Source: Candidatus Latescibacterota bacterium (GTDB lineage Bacteria; Latescibacterota; UBA2968; UBA8231). From it: a stretch of 64,000 nt of DNA. Below the pieces are notes generated by a model. The model ran no database searches, was not told the DNA's origin, and saw only the letters and a program-made list of their open reading frames with translations. The stretch is from positions 5,376,001 to 5,440,000 of the forward strand of contig OZ253462.1 in assembly GCA_965261395.1 (NCBI GenBank). The letters run 5' to 3'. This document shows positions 28,512-38,453 of the stretch, piece by piece (within the stretch, counting starts at the first letter, position 1; every line of letters starts with the position of its first letter). The position numbers were made by a program, and so were the translations under genes.

Positions 28512-30128
28512 ATGATCGAAGGACACCAAGTACTAGCCGACGGCGGCGCGGTGGCCGCCCAGCAACCAGCCGCGGCGCGCATTGGCGCGCAGATATTGTC
28601 CCAAGGCGGCAACGCCATGGATGCGGCCGCGGCCACCAGCCTGGCCTGCTGCATGTTGGCACCCCAATCCAACGGCATCGGCGGCTATATGTCGGCCGCG
28701 GTTGTTTTGGAAGGTTCCACCGGCCGCGTCTGGTCGCTCGACGCCAATGCCGTAGCTCCAGCCACTGCCCACGAGTACATGTACGATATTCTACCAGCCC
28801 GCCGCGACAATAAGGACCTCAACGAAAAGGAATACGCCTGTAGCGTGCGCGACGATGCCAACGTGTACGGCCCCCAGTCCGTAGCCGTCCCCGGCCAAAT
28901 GGCTGGCATGGGCTTTTTGCACGAGCGCTGGGGGCAGTTGCCTTGGGCCGCGATTGTCGCTCCGGCCCAAGGGCTGCTCGCCGACGGCTTCCCCTACGGC
29001 CCGGCCCTAGCCAGTACCATTCGCAGCCAAGCAGCCATTCTGCGCCGCTTCCCCGCGACGTTTAGCCACCTCGCGCCGCAAGGCGAGTTGCCCAGCCCCG
29101 ACGACATTTGGCATCGCCCCGATATGGAGCGCACCCTAGCGCGTTTGGCCCGAGCCGGCTGGCGCGACTTTTACCACGGCGAATTGGGCCGCACCATCGG
29201 CGATTATGTCCAAGCCAGCGGCGGTGCTCTCACTCGCGAGGATATGGCCGCTTTTGCGCCGCGCCTGACCGAGCCGTACCAAATCACCTACCGCGACGTG
29301 CCAGTGTACGGGCCGATTTTGCCCAACGGCTGCCTCTCCGCCCTCCAGATTCTGCACATGCTGGAATGCTTGCCCGTGGTGCCCGACGACCAAGCCCTGT
29401 ACTGGCACCAGCTAGCCGAAGTCGTCAAACAAGCCTGGCGCGACCGCCTGCGCTACGTCGGCGACCCCGATTTTGTCGATGTGCCGGTGGAGCGCTTGCT
29501 GAGCAAGGACTATGCGGCCGGTCGCGTCGAGGCCCTGCGGCAATTCCCCGAGCGGGTTGATCAGCAAGTGTACGAAGCCTCGGGTCCGGCCGTGGCCGAA
29601 ACTTTGCACGTATCGGCTGCGGACGCCGAGGGCAATCTCGTCGGCATTACCATCACCCAAGGCGGGGCCTTTGGCTCTTGTCTCACCGTGCCGGGCACGG
29701 GCATCATTCTGGGCCACGGCATGTGCCGTTTGGACCCCCGCCCCGGCCGGGCCAATTCCGTGGCCGCGCACAAGCGTCCGCTCAACAACGTAGTCCCCAT
29801 GATTTTGCGCCTGCCCCAACGCGACGTGGCCATCGGTCTGCCCGGCGGTCGCCGCATCATCAGCGTCGGTGCCCAACTGGGACAGCGCATTATCGACTTC
29901 AACGCCACCGCCTTGGGAGCGGCCACAGCCCCCCGACTCAACGCCGAAGCGCAGGAGCCTCTCGAACTAAAGCGCGGCATCGACCCGGCGATTGTGCAAG
30001 CCCTGAAAGAAATGGGCCACCGGGTGCTGGTACGAGAAGCGGTGGCCGGAGGGGCGCACGGAGCCGAAGTACTCAAAAGCGAGGGCAAAGTGCGCGCCGG
30101 GGGCAATGGTTGGGCCGCGGGCGTATAG
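28512..30128 (+). CDS. Gamma-glutamyltransferase family protein
   Basis: GAGGAG RBS. GGNAMDAAAA, VAVPG, RDRLRYVGDPDF, ETLHVSAAD, KRPL. Confidence 0.88.
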   Translation: MIEGHQVLADGGAVAAQQPAAARIGAQILSQGGNAMDAAAATSLACCMLAPQSNGIGGYMSAAVVLEGSTGRVWSLDANAVAPATAHEYMYDILPARRDNKDLNEKEYACSVRDDANVYGPQSVAVPGQMAGMGFLHERWGQLPWAAIVAPAQGLLADGFPYGPALASTIRSQAAILRRFPATFSHLAPQGELPSPDDIWHRPDMERTLARLARAGWRDFYHGELGRTIGDYVQASGGALTREDMAAFAPRLTEPYQITYRDVPVYGPILPNGCLSALQILHMLECLPVVPDDQALYWHQLAEVVKQAWRDRLRYVGDPDFVDVPVERLLSKDYAAGRVEALRQFPERVDQQVYEASGPAVAETLHVSAADAEGNLVGITITQGGAFGSCLTVPGTGIILGHGMCRLDPRPGRANSVAAHKRPLNNVVPMILRLPQRDVAIGLPGGRRIISVGAQLGQRIIDFNATALGAATAPRLNAEAQEPLELKRGIDPAIVQALKEMGHRVLVREAVAGGAHGAEVLKSEGKVRAGGNGWAAGV

Positions 30129-30136
30129 ACCTTCTT

Positions 30137-30181
30137 AGGGTGATTATCACCCTTGACGTGGGTGATAATCACCCATACCAT
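30137..30181 (+). promoter_or_regulatory. Sigma70-type promoter overlapped by two palindromic operator-like sites
   Basis: -35 TTGACG at 30153-30158, 17-nt spacer, -10 TACCAT at 30176-30181. Palindromes AGGGTGAT-T-ATCACCCT (30137-30153) and TGGGTGAT-A-ATCACCCA (30159-30175). Confidence 0.75.
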
Positions 30182-30187
30182 GGGTAT

Positions 30188-31417
30188 ATGAACACGAATC
30201 GACTGCTGCCTCGATTTGCTTCCGCGAGCGTGGAGCGGGCGCTGAGGGTTATGCCCGTGACTGTTCTCACTGGCGCACGACAGACCGGCAAGAGCACTCT
30301 CGCCCGGATGCATCCCATTGGGGCAGATCGATCTTACTTCACCCTAGACGATTACGGCGTCCTCGAGCAAGCCCAACGCGAACCGGATGCTCTTGCTGCT
30401 CGGGCCGTGCAGATCACGCTTGATGAGGTGCAGCGGGTGCCGCATGTGCTGCTCGCCATCAAGCGCCTCGTTGACGAAGATCGAGTTGCCGGTCGTTTCC
30501 TCCTGACTGGGTCGGCGAATCTGCTGCTTATGAAGGAAGTGGGAGAAACGCTGGCTGGTCGTGCTAGCTACTTGACGCTCTGGCCCATGACCCGTCGCGA
30601 GCAACGCGGATTGGCTAGGCCTGGTCTGTGGACAGAACTTGTAGATGCGCCTCCTACTGCATGGCGGGATGTGCTGCTCGCGGAACCAGCCGAAGCAGAG
30701 CCGTGGATGGCCCTTGCTCGACGCGGAGGTTATCCCGTCCCGGCCCATGAGTTGATGGACGATGACGACCGGCGGCTCTGGTTCGAAGGCTACGCAGCTA
30801 CCTACTTGGAGCGGGATATCCCGCGTCTATCTGCCATTGAGGGCATCACTGATCTGCGGAGATTGATAACGGCAGCCTGTCTGCGCGTTGGAGGGCTATT
30901 AAATCAATCAGACCTAGCCCGGGATGTACATCTTGCCCCCTCCACAGTGCAGCGGTATCTCAACTTGCTAGAAGTGTCATTCCAGCTCGTGCGACTGCCA
31001 TCCTATTCTGTCAACAGGACGAAACGGCTGGTCAAGTCATCCAAACTCTACTGGAGCGATACCGGGTTGGCTTTGCACTTAGCGGGCGAGGCGCATCCTC
31101 GCGGCGCGCACCTAGAGAACATAGTGCTCTGCGATCTGCTCGCTTGGGCGGGTACTCGCATCGAAAGAACGGAGATTCTCTTTTGGCGGACTACAAAGGG
31201 TGCCAAGGTCGATTTCGTCATTGAAACGGGCCGGCGTCTGCTGCCCGTGGAAGTGAAGGCCGCCGCGAGCGTTCATCCCGGGGATGTGCGACATCTGCAT
31301 ACGTTCCTAGATGAGTACTCCGATATGGCGCAGCGTGGAATCGTTCTCTACGATGGCGAAGAGACATTCTGGCTCACCGACCGCGTACTCGCCGCACCGT
31401 GGTGGCGCGTCATTTGA
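30188..31417 (+). CDS. AAA_14 ATPase with wHTH and DUF4143 domain
   Basis: Start MNTNR; no RBS. GARQTGKST, LDEVQ, LTGS, GGYP, HTH-like SDLARDVHLAPSTVQRYL, KLYWSDTG, VDFV..PVEVK. Confidence 0.88.
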   Translation: MNTNRLLPRFASASVERALRVMPVTVLTGARQTGKSTLARMHPIGADRSYFTLDDYGVLEQAQREPDALAARAVQITLDEVQRVPHVLLAIKRLVDEDRVAGRFLLTGSANLLLMKEVGETLAGRASYLTLWPMTRREQRGLARPGLWTELVDAPPTAWRDVLLAEPAEAEPWMALARRGGYPVPAHELMDDDDRRLWFEGYAATYLERDIPRLSAIEGITDLRRLITAACLRVGGLLNQSDLARDVHLAPSTVQRYLNLLEVSFQLVRLPSYSVNRTKRLVKSSKLYWSDTGLALHLAGEAHPRGAHLENIVLCDLLAWAGTRIERTEILFWRTTKGAKVDFVIETGRRLLPVEVKAAASVHPGDVRHLHTFLDEYSDMAQRGIVLYDGEETFWLTDRVLAAPWWRVI

Positions 31418-31448
31418 AGCTACTACCTAAATACAACGAAGAACAAAA

Positions 31449-32579
31449 ATGAAAATTACTGACTTGCAGGTAATGCGGATGGGATCGGAAGGTGGGAATA
31501 ATTGGACGTTTGTGAAAATTGAGACAGACGCCGGTATTCACGGGCTAGGCGAAGCCAGTTTGCAGTTTAAAGACGACGGATTGATGGGCGAGTTTGCGGC
31601 GTTTAAGCGCTTTCTGCTAGGCAAAAATCCGTTTGAGATCGAGCGGATCTGGACTTCGCTGTATCGTCGGGTGACGTGGTCGGGTGGCCCGGTGACGACG
31701 AGTGCGATCAGTGCAATTGATCTGGCGTTATGGGACATTAAAGGCAAAGCACTGGGCGTCCCCGTATATGAATTGTTAGGTGGAAAATCGCACGATAAAA
31801 TTCGCATGTACGCCAATGGCTGGCCGCGAAAGGACAACACACCTGAAGGGATTGCCGAGGGCGTAAAACGAGTAGTAGATCAAGGCTATGAGGCGTTGAA
31901 GTTCTACCCCTTTAACGGCGTACAGGTGGCAAAGATTGATCGGATTCAGCACGGCGTCGCCTTGGTGGAAGCGGCGCGCGAAGCGGCGGGGTCGCAAATT
32001 GAAATCGGGATTGACATTCGCGCGCGATTGAATATATGGAGCGCCCGACGAGTAGCCCAAGAATTGGAGCCCTATAACATTGCGTGGATGGAAGAGCCGA
32101 TTTTGTGGGATAATCCAGAAGCACTGGCGCAATTTGCCCACGAGGTGAATGTGCCCATTGCGACGGGTGAGCAATTGTACACTCGCTGGGATTTTCGTGC
32201 GCTGTTGGAATTGAATGCGGTCGGGATCATTCAGCCGGATATTTGTCATGCAGGCGGCATCACTGAACTGAAGAAAATTGCCGCAATGGCTGAAACTTAT
32301 TACGTGACGGTCGCCCCGCACAATTCCAATGGGCCGATCTCAACAATCGCCAGCTTGCATTTGGATATGTGTATTCACAACAGTTTGATGCAGGAAATTT
32401 TTGTGTCGTCTATTGATCTGTACAACGAGGTCCTTACGCAACCTATCGAAGTGATCGATGGACATTGCGTGCCACCTGAAGGGCCGGGTTGGGGCGTAGA
32501 GTTGCGCGAGGATGTTATGGAGCAACATCCGCCGAAGTCGTTTACGCCTGTTGAGTCTGAACCGTATGTGGAATTTTAA
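31449..32579 (+). CDS. Galactonate dehydratase-like enolase-superfamily enzyme
   Basis: SAIDLALWDIKGK, YANGW, MEEP, ATGE, QPD, APHN. Lower GC than its neighbours. Confidence 0.85.
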   Translation: MKITDLQVMRMGSEGGNNWTFVKIETDAGIHGLGEASLQFKDDGLMGEFAAFKRFLLGKNPFEIERIWTSLYRRVTWSGGPVTTSAISAIDLALWDIKGKALGVPVYELLGGKSHDKIRMYANGWPRKDNTPEGIAEGVKRVVDQGYEALKFYPFNGVQVAKIDRIQHGVALVEAAREAAGSQIEIGIDIRARLNIWSARRVAQELEPYNIAWMEEPILWDNPEALAQFAHEVNVPIATGEQLYTRWDFRALLELNAVGIIQPDICHAGGITELKKIAAMAETYYVTVAPHNSNGPISTIASLHLDMCIHNSLMQEIFVSSIDLYNEVLTQPIEVIDGHCVPPEGPGWGVELREDVMEQHPPKSFTPVESEPYVEF

Positions 32580-32603
32580 GGCGCGGGTGTTCTATGAGGA
32601 TTA

Positions 32604-32624
32604 GGGATTATACCGACGGGGGTG
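32604..32624 (+). repeat. Orphan duplicate of the 3' tail of the 27444-28472 epimerase
   Basis: GGGATTATACCGACGGGGGTG versus GGGATTATCCCGACGGGGGTG at 28440-28460 (20/21; both encode GIIPTGV). Confidence 0.8.
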
Positions 32625-32664
32625 ATTCGTGAAAGCGTAGGAAAAATCGACAAAAAGCTAACGG

Positions 32665-32708
32665 CCGGCCTCCGCGTCGTCACACATGACGCGGAGGCCG
32701 GTTTATTG
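32665..32708. terminator. Intrinsic terminator-like hairpin between convergent genes
   Basis: Perfect 14-bp stem CCGGCCTCCGCGTC/GACGCGGAGGCCGG, 9-nt loop, followed by TTTATTGTT. Confidence 0.75.
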
Positions 32709-33057
32709 TTACCGTGAATCGCGCTTGAATTGCACGTACGCGGGCTGCTCGGCAGCTTCCGCCTTATCAGCGGCTTGGCCAAAAGCATCCATGATTTCTT
32801 CGTAATCCGAGCCATAAGACACAGTGACAACCGACGCGGAATCCACAGCCGCTGAGGACATGTCGTCAGCGGCACACGTCACTATTACCGTCATAGGCGT
32901 GTATATGCCCGAAGTCAAAGCTCCTACAAGCCCGTTCAAAAAGCTCTGCTGCGTCTCGACCCTAGCTACGCCATTTTCGCACTCGCTTTGCGCTTCGACC
33001 ACCGACGGCGGCACGAGGCCAGCTATCCAGCTATGCTTCCACATCTCCACCGTCTTA

Positions 33058-34143
33058 TTGACCTCTGCATTTTTAAAGGAATAGTTTATATTCATTTATA
33101 TGAGACCTAAAGGTAGTGCCGATCGGCTGGAATATCGTCGTCAATGGGCGGCTCAGTTGCTTGATGCCGGCAAAGGCGTCAACGAAGTAGCTCGTCTGGT
33201 CCAAGTCTCCCCTTCCTCGGTGTCTCGTTGGAAGTCGATGAAAGCGCAAGCCGGCGAGGCGGGACTCAAAGCCAAACCGCATCCGGGTCGGGGCTGTCAG
33301 TTGAGTCCCCAAGACAAGGATCAGTTGAAACAGCTTCTACTCCAAGGTCCCCAGGCGGCTGGCTTTGATAGCGCGCTGTGGACCTGTCGGCGTGTCGCGC
33401 AGGTGATGGCCCAAACGTTTGGGGTGTCCTATCATCCCGATCACGTGGGTCGTCTGCTGCATGGGTTGGGTTTTTCATGCCAGTATCCCCAGCACCGGGC
33501 GCGCGAACGGGAGGAGGAGGCCATCCGCCAATGGCGCTTAGTGGAGTGGCCGCGGATTAAAAAAAAGCCCGGCACCAGGGGGCGACCATCGCCTTGATGG
33601 ATCAGAGCGGCTTCATGCTGCAACCCACCCGTCGTAGGACGTGGGCTTTGTCGGGTCACACGCCCATACACAAGGTGTGGGATCGCCACGATCGCTTGTC
33701 GGTTCAGGCCGCCGTTACCTTGCCGCCTCGGCGCCAGCGGTTGGGCGTTTATTTCCGAATGTATGAGCATAATATCGACCGGCAGGATGTGGTATCCTTT
33801 GTCGGTCATCTGCTGCGTATGATACGACGCAAGGTCGTGCTCATTTTGGATCGGTGGAGTGTCCATCGCGCCGCGGTGGCGGTATTGCACAAAAGGTATC
33901 CGGATCGACTCACCATCGAATGGTTGCCCGCCTATGCACCCGAATTGAATCCGGCTGAACAGGTCTGGAATCATACTAAGTATGGCGATCTAGCCAACTT
34001 CATTCCAGACCACATCGACGACGTAGCAGATGCGGTCTGCATGTCAATCACCGCCCAGCATCACGATAACGACCTGATTCGAGGCTTCTTCAAGTATGCA
34101 CAACTTAAACTGTAAAACATTCCTTTATATTTGCAGGACTCAA
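33058..34143 (+). mobile_element. IS630-family insertion sequence, 1086 bp
   Basis: TA duplication at 33056-33057 and 34144-34145. Imperfect 25-bp IRs TTGACCTCTGCATTTTTAAAGGAAT and reverse-complement TTGAGTCCTGCAAATATAAAGGAAT. Confidence 0.92.
33100..34115 (+). CDS. IS630 transposase in two ORFs joined by a probable -1 frameshift
   Basis: orfA HTH/winged-helix 33100-33597. orfB DDE (DQSG, LDRWSVH, LPAYAPELNPAE.VW) in the -1 frame. A8 slippery run at 33559-33566. Confidence 0.88.
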
Positions 34144-34450
34144 TAGGCCCCGGGGCAAGCCCAGTATCAATGGTCGCGTGATAACATCCGGCCAGAAGAA
34201 ACAGGCTGAAAAAGACTACTACGAGAAAACTCCCCTGCAAACGCTTGATCATTTTAACCCCCTTGGGTTGACAAAAAATTACCGGCCTCTAGGCCGCGAG
34301 TGGGATAGGATAGGCAAAGTGCCAAGGCTACTCAAGTAGGGACAAGGCCTAGGTGGTTGTCCCCTGTTTGGACAGGTATAGGGGGCGGCCCCTCGTAGTT
34401 GGTCTAGACGCCCGCGCCGGTTGATTACCTCACGCCCTGCTTGGCCAGTC

Positions 34451-36082
34451 CTAACGGAGCCAATCCTCCCATCGACGTGCCAGATCCATTCGCGCATCGC
34501 GAAGCGCGTCCGAGTAATACCGAACTCCGTGCAGGTCAGGGTACTTTAACGACAGGCGATGTCCTGTTATTGCTTCCAATGTATCTCTTCGGGCCGCGAA
34601 GAGGCCTATTCGATCCATGCGGGCGTCCCCTTCGAGACCGGAGACGATTGCTTCGGCGAAACGAGGATGAGCCATTCTGCTGGCAAGGTGCAAGGATACA
34701 TAACGGACATCCAAGCTCGTGTCGCTGAAAAGGGTGCGAAGAGATGCGCTGCACTCAGACCACAAATCTGGACAATTTTGCAGCAGGTATACCGCCGCCG
34801 AACGGACAATTGGCGAAACGTCCCGACACGCTTCCTCGATGTAGTCCGAGTTTACATCGGACGTTTTGCTTGCTAGGGCACATACGGTAGCGGCACGAAC
34901 CTCAGGTTCCGGATGGATTAAACACTTGCTGATTGGTTTCACAGCCGCGTCCGGGAGTGCATCACCAACAAAAGAGAGGATGACATCCTTTACCTGCTCA
35001 GAATCGCCGGCACTAAGTCGATCCATCCGGTATTCGACCGAACTTTTCCGCCACGCTGACCAGGTTTGGTAGGGGCTCGTTACCGGCTCGGGTGGATGCT
35101 CCGCCGCTTCCATCGCCAAAGCACCTTCGACTGAAACCAGACCGGCGCGCAGGTCCGACCACTGTGGACGCTTCAGCGCCGAAGCGATAAGGGCCGTTTT
35201 CATTTTTAGGGCGGTCCAACTCGGATGCGCCTGCCACACACAGGCAGCGGCTCCAAGAACAATCGGCCCCGAGAACGATGTCCCAATGTTGCGAGCATAG
35301 CGACGTGGGAGATCGTCTGTCTTACCGTAAAAGTGGTTTTCGATCTCTTCGTCGGTTCCGTAGGGAAGGACGATGTTTTCCGCCGGTGCCAGAATCTCCG
35401 GAATCCATTTCCCTTCGAAGGTCGTTCCTCGGCTCCCTAAAAACATGTCGGCCCGGTCCAGGTCCCCGTCCGGAGAAATCGCGATCCCTCCGACGGAAAG
35501 GACCGACGGAGCCGCGGGTTCGGTAAGCCCAGCAGTCCGGTCGGAGGTATTCCCCGACCCTGCCATCACGAGCACGCCTGCGGCCGCTATTTCTTCACAC
35601 AAGATGCGTGTCGAGTCCGTTTGCCAGGGCAGAAGGCTCGAGTCGATCCCAAGTTTTTCTGCTGACAATACACCTCGTATCTCATACTTGCTCCAGTTGT
35701 CCCGAACCCATTCCAGCGCCTTAAGATGTGCTTCATATCGCCTTTCAGGATCCTGACTCTGGCCGGGGAAGTATTCGGCGACGAGAAAGAGATCGGCTTC
35801 CGGTGCGATCCCCCGATATAGACCTTGCGATTCGGCACCTGATCCAGCAGCCGCGCTCGCGGCCCACAGCCCATGCGCGCCTCCTTTCCATGGTCCAAGC
35901 TCCGCTTCGAACACCTTGGGCTGCGGTTCGGACTCCATCACCATTACTTTGTAAGTTGTACGTTGTTCGTTGGTGGTGATATCGGGATGGCTTGGGAAAT
36001 CCCCATCGACAACAGCAATACGAACACCTTTCCCCGTAAGTTCATCAGGCACACTCAGGAAGTCGCGCAACGTCGGCCACAT
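34451..36082 (-). CDS. S8 (subtilisin-like) serine peptidase with C-terminal HEAT repeats
   Basis: GGAGG RBS before ATG 36082. Triad in VVDGD, AHG and GTSFS; oxyanion SGN. HEAT-like PEVRAATVCAL, PIVRSAAV, LDVRYVSL. No signal peptide. Confidence 0.8.
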   Translation of the reverse strand: MWPTLRDFLSVPDELTGKGVRIAVVDGDFPSHPDITTNEQRTTYKVMVMESEPQPKVFEAELGPWKGGAHGLWAASAAAGSGAESQGLYRGIAPEADLFLVAEYFPGQSQDPERRYEAHLKALEWVRDNWSKYEIRGVLSAEKLGIDSSLLPWQTDSTRILCEEIAAAGVLVMAGSGNTSDRTAGLTEPAAPSVLSVGGIAISPDGDLDRADMFLGSRGTTFEGKWIPEILAPAENIVLPYGTDEEIENHFYGKTDDLPRRYARNIGTSFSGPIVLGAAACVWQAHPSWTALKMKTALIASALKRPQWSDLRAGLVSVEGALAMEAAEHPPEPVTSPYQTWSAWRKSSVEYRMDRLSAGDSEQVKDVILSFVGDALPDAAVKPISKCLIHPEPEVRAATVCALASKTSDVNSDYIEEACRDVSPIVRSAAVYLLQNCPDLWSECSASLRTLFSDTSLDVRYVSLHLASRMAHPRFAEAIVSGLEGDARMDRIGLFAARRDTLEAITGHRLSLKYPDLHGVRYYSDALRDARMDLARRWEDWLR

Positions 36083-36113
36083 ATTCCCTCCTATGGAGTT
36101 TTGAGAAGCGTTC

Positions 36114-38261
36114 TTAGACGAGCTGCTCATGGGGCTGCGCCTCGGCCACATGACAATTGAACCAATCCAGAACGCGCCGATACAGATCATCGAGAGCATC
36201 GCGGGACCAAGCAGATGTGCCATGGTGCTCGTCCTTGTACAGCCGTAGCTCGACGCGCTTACCAAGCCGGCGCAGGGCGACGAACGTATCTTCGGCCTGA
36301 TTGGAACCGGCCTGATCCCCTGTACCACACACAACCAATAGTGGAGTAGACACTCGATCTAGGTAGAAGAAGGGTGAGTTCTCGATGTACGCGGCCCGAT
36401 TCTCCCACGGCGAGCCGCCGAGACGGGCCTGTCCCGTTTCGCACCATCCTATATGGTGGATGTAGAAGCTCGTCATATTCACACCCCAAGGGGCAATAGC
36501 CAGTGCAGCTCGGAATCTGTCGGTCTGCGCGATCAGCGCCACAGTGCTATATCCGCCATAACTCGTGCCCATTAGCCCCACGCGGTTGCCATCGGCCAGA
36601 CCGAGTTCGACCGCTCGATCCACAGCGGCGAGTACCGGGTCCACAAGACCGATCATCGGGTCTTTCTCTCCCAGCGGCACCTCCGGGAACAACACCGCGT
36701 AACCGGCGCTGCACAGGAGCTGTGGCTCGATAGCCTGTGGCCCTTGGAGGCTAAAGCGATTGATCGTCCCCACACCTCGGTACCCCCCATACACACTGAC
36801 GATCATTGGATACGGCGGCTGCGTCTCAGGAGGAAGCAACATCACTCCCCGGCACTGTATGCCGGCTGCTTCGAAGTCGATCAGTTCACTGCGGCCGAGC
36901 TTGGATACCTGAACTTCAGGAGCTAGGCAAAATAGCCAGTCATGGCTTCCAGCCTCTATGCACAACACAGAGGGTGGACGCTTTGCCTCCTCCACCATCA
37001 GGTAGTAGCGCCCGGAGGAATCATCCACCTCCATGCACCAAATTTGACCCGTGCACGTGCCTGGGATATCTGCTACGTGCTTCAGCCCTCCGTCCTGGCC
37101 TAGATGGGCGACCTGCCCGCTCAGGTCGGACCGATTCTGCAGCACGACGGGCAGGTCCCCGTCCTGCGTCAATTGAATGGTGGATGCAGTCGGTCGTGCG
37201 ATCCAATGGCGCATAACCCACTCTTTTGGAATCGATGCGCAGCGGTGACGGCCGGATTCCAGATCGAATTGCCACCAGGCCTTCCTACCGAGTGAGTACA
37301 GCTTTGAACTATCCGCACTCCATCGCGGCGTGTCGTATTTAAGCAAAAGGTCGAACTCCGACCCCGGAGTCAGATTTACAGGCTCTGCAGAACCATCGGC
37401 CGCGACGACGAACAGCTCGTCGGGCTGCCCTCTACCGGAGGAGGTGTACGCAACACTCGCTGAATCCGGGGACCACGCGTAGTTGATTCCGAAGGCGCTG
37501 GCGATGTTCACGACGAGCACCCTTTCCACGCCGGTCTCAATATCCACGGTGAAAAGCTCGAACAGGGAGTACTGCAAGTTCGTTACATATTCGACGTGGC
37601 GCGTACAGGCCACATGCCGGCCATCGGGCGCAATGCGCCATTGGCTGGAGGCCCATTGTTCTAGCAGCCTCTTGACGGACCCAGTCGAGAGGCTGACATG
37701 GCCCAACTCACACTGCCACCAACTCGATAGAGCCGGCTCGACCTCCGTGGTTGCGTCGGGATCGTTGGATCTGACGTCGATCTCTGGCACGGGGCCGTGC
37801 GCATCTTCCCGATAGTCGCGATCAGCAGGCCAGAGGGGCACTACGATCCCCTTTCCATCGGGCGTCCACACTGGCAGATCAAAACCAAAGCGGACTAGAA
37901 CAGGCGCATTCCGCAGCAACTCAACCTCCCCCGTACCAACTTCCCACAGCCCCAGACATGCCACTCCTTCGTGCCACACGCAGGCCACCAGCCTGTCACC
38001 CGCTGGCGACCACTGAGCCCCCCAGCTTACACTGCCTTCGGGAAAAGGCCGCATCGACTCCCCGGTGGCTGTATCCACGACAACCACCGAACTGCCGGCC
38101 ATTTCCATAGGCACACCCCACTCGTCGAATCTCGGTCCTCGTGCACCTTCGGTACGTCTTTGTACGCCGAGCGCGAGCCGCCGTCCATCCGGGGACAGGT
38201 GAAAGGGCATCCGCCCGGTGGGTTTGGGCAGATCGATGAGAGAGGCGATGGTATTCTCCAT
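36114..38261 (-). CDS. S9 family (prolyl oligopeptidase / acylaminoacyl peptidase-like) peptidase
   Basis: GGAGG RBS before ATG 38261. WSPD propeller repeats, GTSYGG nucleophile, GTGD, EHH. Confidence 0.88.
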   Translation of the reverse strand: MENTIASLIDLPKPTGRMPFHLSPDGRRLALGVQRRTEGARGPRFDEWGVPMEMAGSSVVVVDTATGESMRPFPEGSVSWGAQWSPAGDRLVACVWHEGVACLGLWEVGTGEVELLRNAPVLVRFGFDLPVWTPDGKGIVVPLWPADRDYREDAHGPVPEIDVRSNDPDATTEVEPALSSWWQCELGHVSLSTGSVKRLLEQWASSQWRIAPDGRHVACTRHVEYVTNLQYSLFELFTVDIETGVERVLVVNIASAFGINYAWSPDSASVAYTSSGRGQPDELFVVAADGSAEPVNLTPGSEFDLLLKYDTPRWSADSSKLYSLGRKAWWQFDLESGRHRCASIPKEWVMRHWIARPTASTIQLTQDGDLPVVLQNRSDLSGQVAHLGQDGGLKHVADIPGTCTGQIWCMEVDDSSGRYYLMVEEAKRPPSVLCIEAGSHDWLFCLAPEVQVSKLGRSELIDFEAAGIQCRGVMLLPPETQPPYPMIVSVYGGYRGVGTINRFSLQGPQAIEPQLLCSAGYAVLFPEVPLGEKDPMIGLVDPVLAAVDRAVELGLADGNRVGLMGTSYGGYSTVALIAQTDRFRAALAIAPWGVNMTSFYIHHIGWCETGQARLGGSPWENRAAYIENSPFFYLDRVSTPLLVVCGTGDQAGSNQAEDTFVALRRLGKRVELRLYKDEHHGTSAWSRDALDDLYRRVLDWFNCHVAEAQPHEQLV

Positions 38262-38453
38262 GGATTCCCTCCATTGTGGGGAAAAATGGCTGCGATTCTG
38301 CGGTCTTTGGATGGCGGATTTGCGCGTTGACAAAGAGTACTGGAGGGTATTACTATTGTCAATATAAAAATGCCGTATCTATATGTTTATATTGATGATA
38401 TGATATATTACATTTGACAGCATTCAGCCGATTGTTTATATTTCATGTACAAG

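Larger units (their letters stand above)
32709..34252 (-). pseudogene. Bor/Iss-family lipoprotein interrupted by IS630 (151 aa if restored)
   Basis: Removing the IS and one TA gives in-frame LAGC-YHATIDTGLAPGP-KTVEMWKHSWIAGLVPP...C.NGVARVETQQSFLNGLVGALTSGIYTPMTVIVTC. Confidence 0.85.

Noticed and set aside
29678-30187. N-terminal extension of the AAA_14 ORF (579 aa in the track)
   Set aside because: It overlaps the GGT gene in another frame with low-complexity Arg/Pro sequence; a promoter sits directly before ATG 30188.
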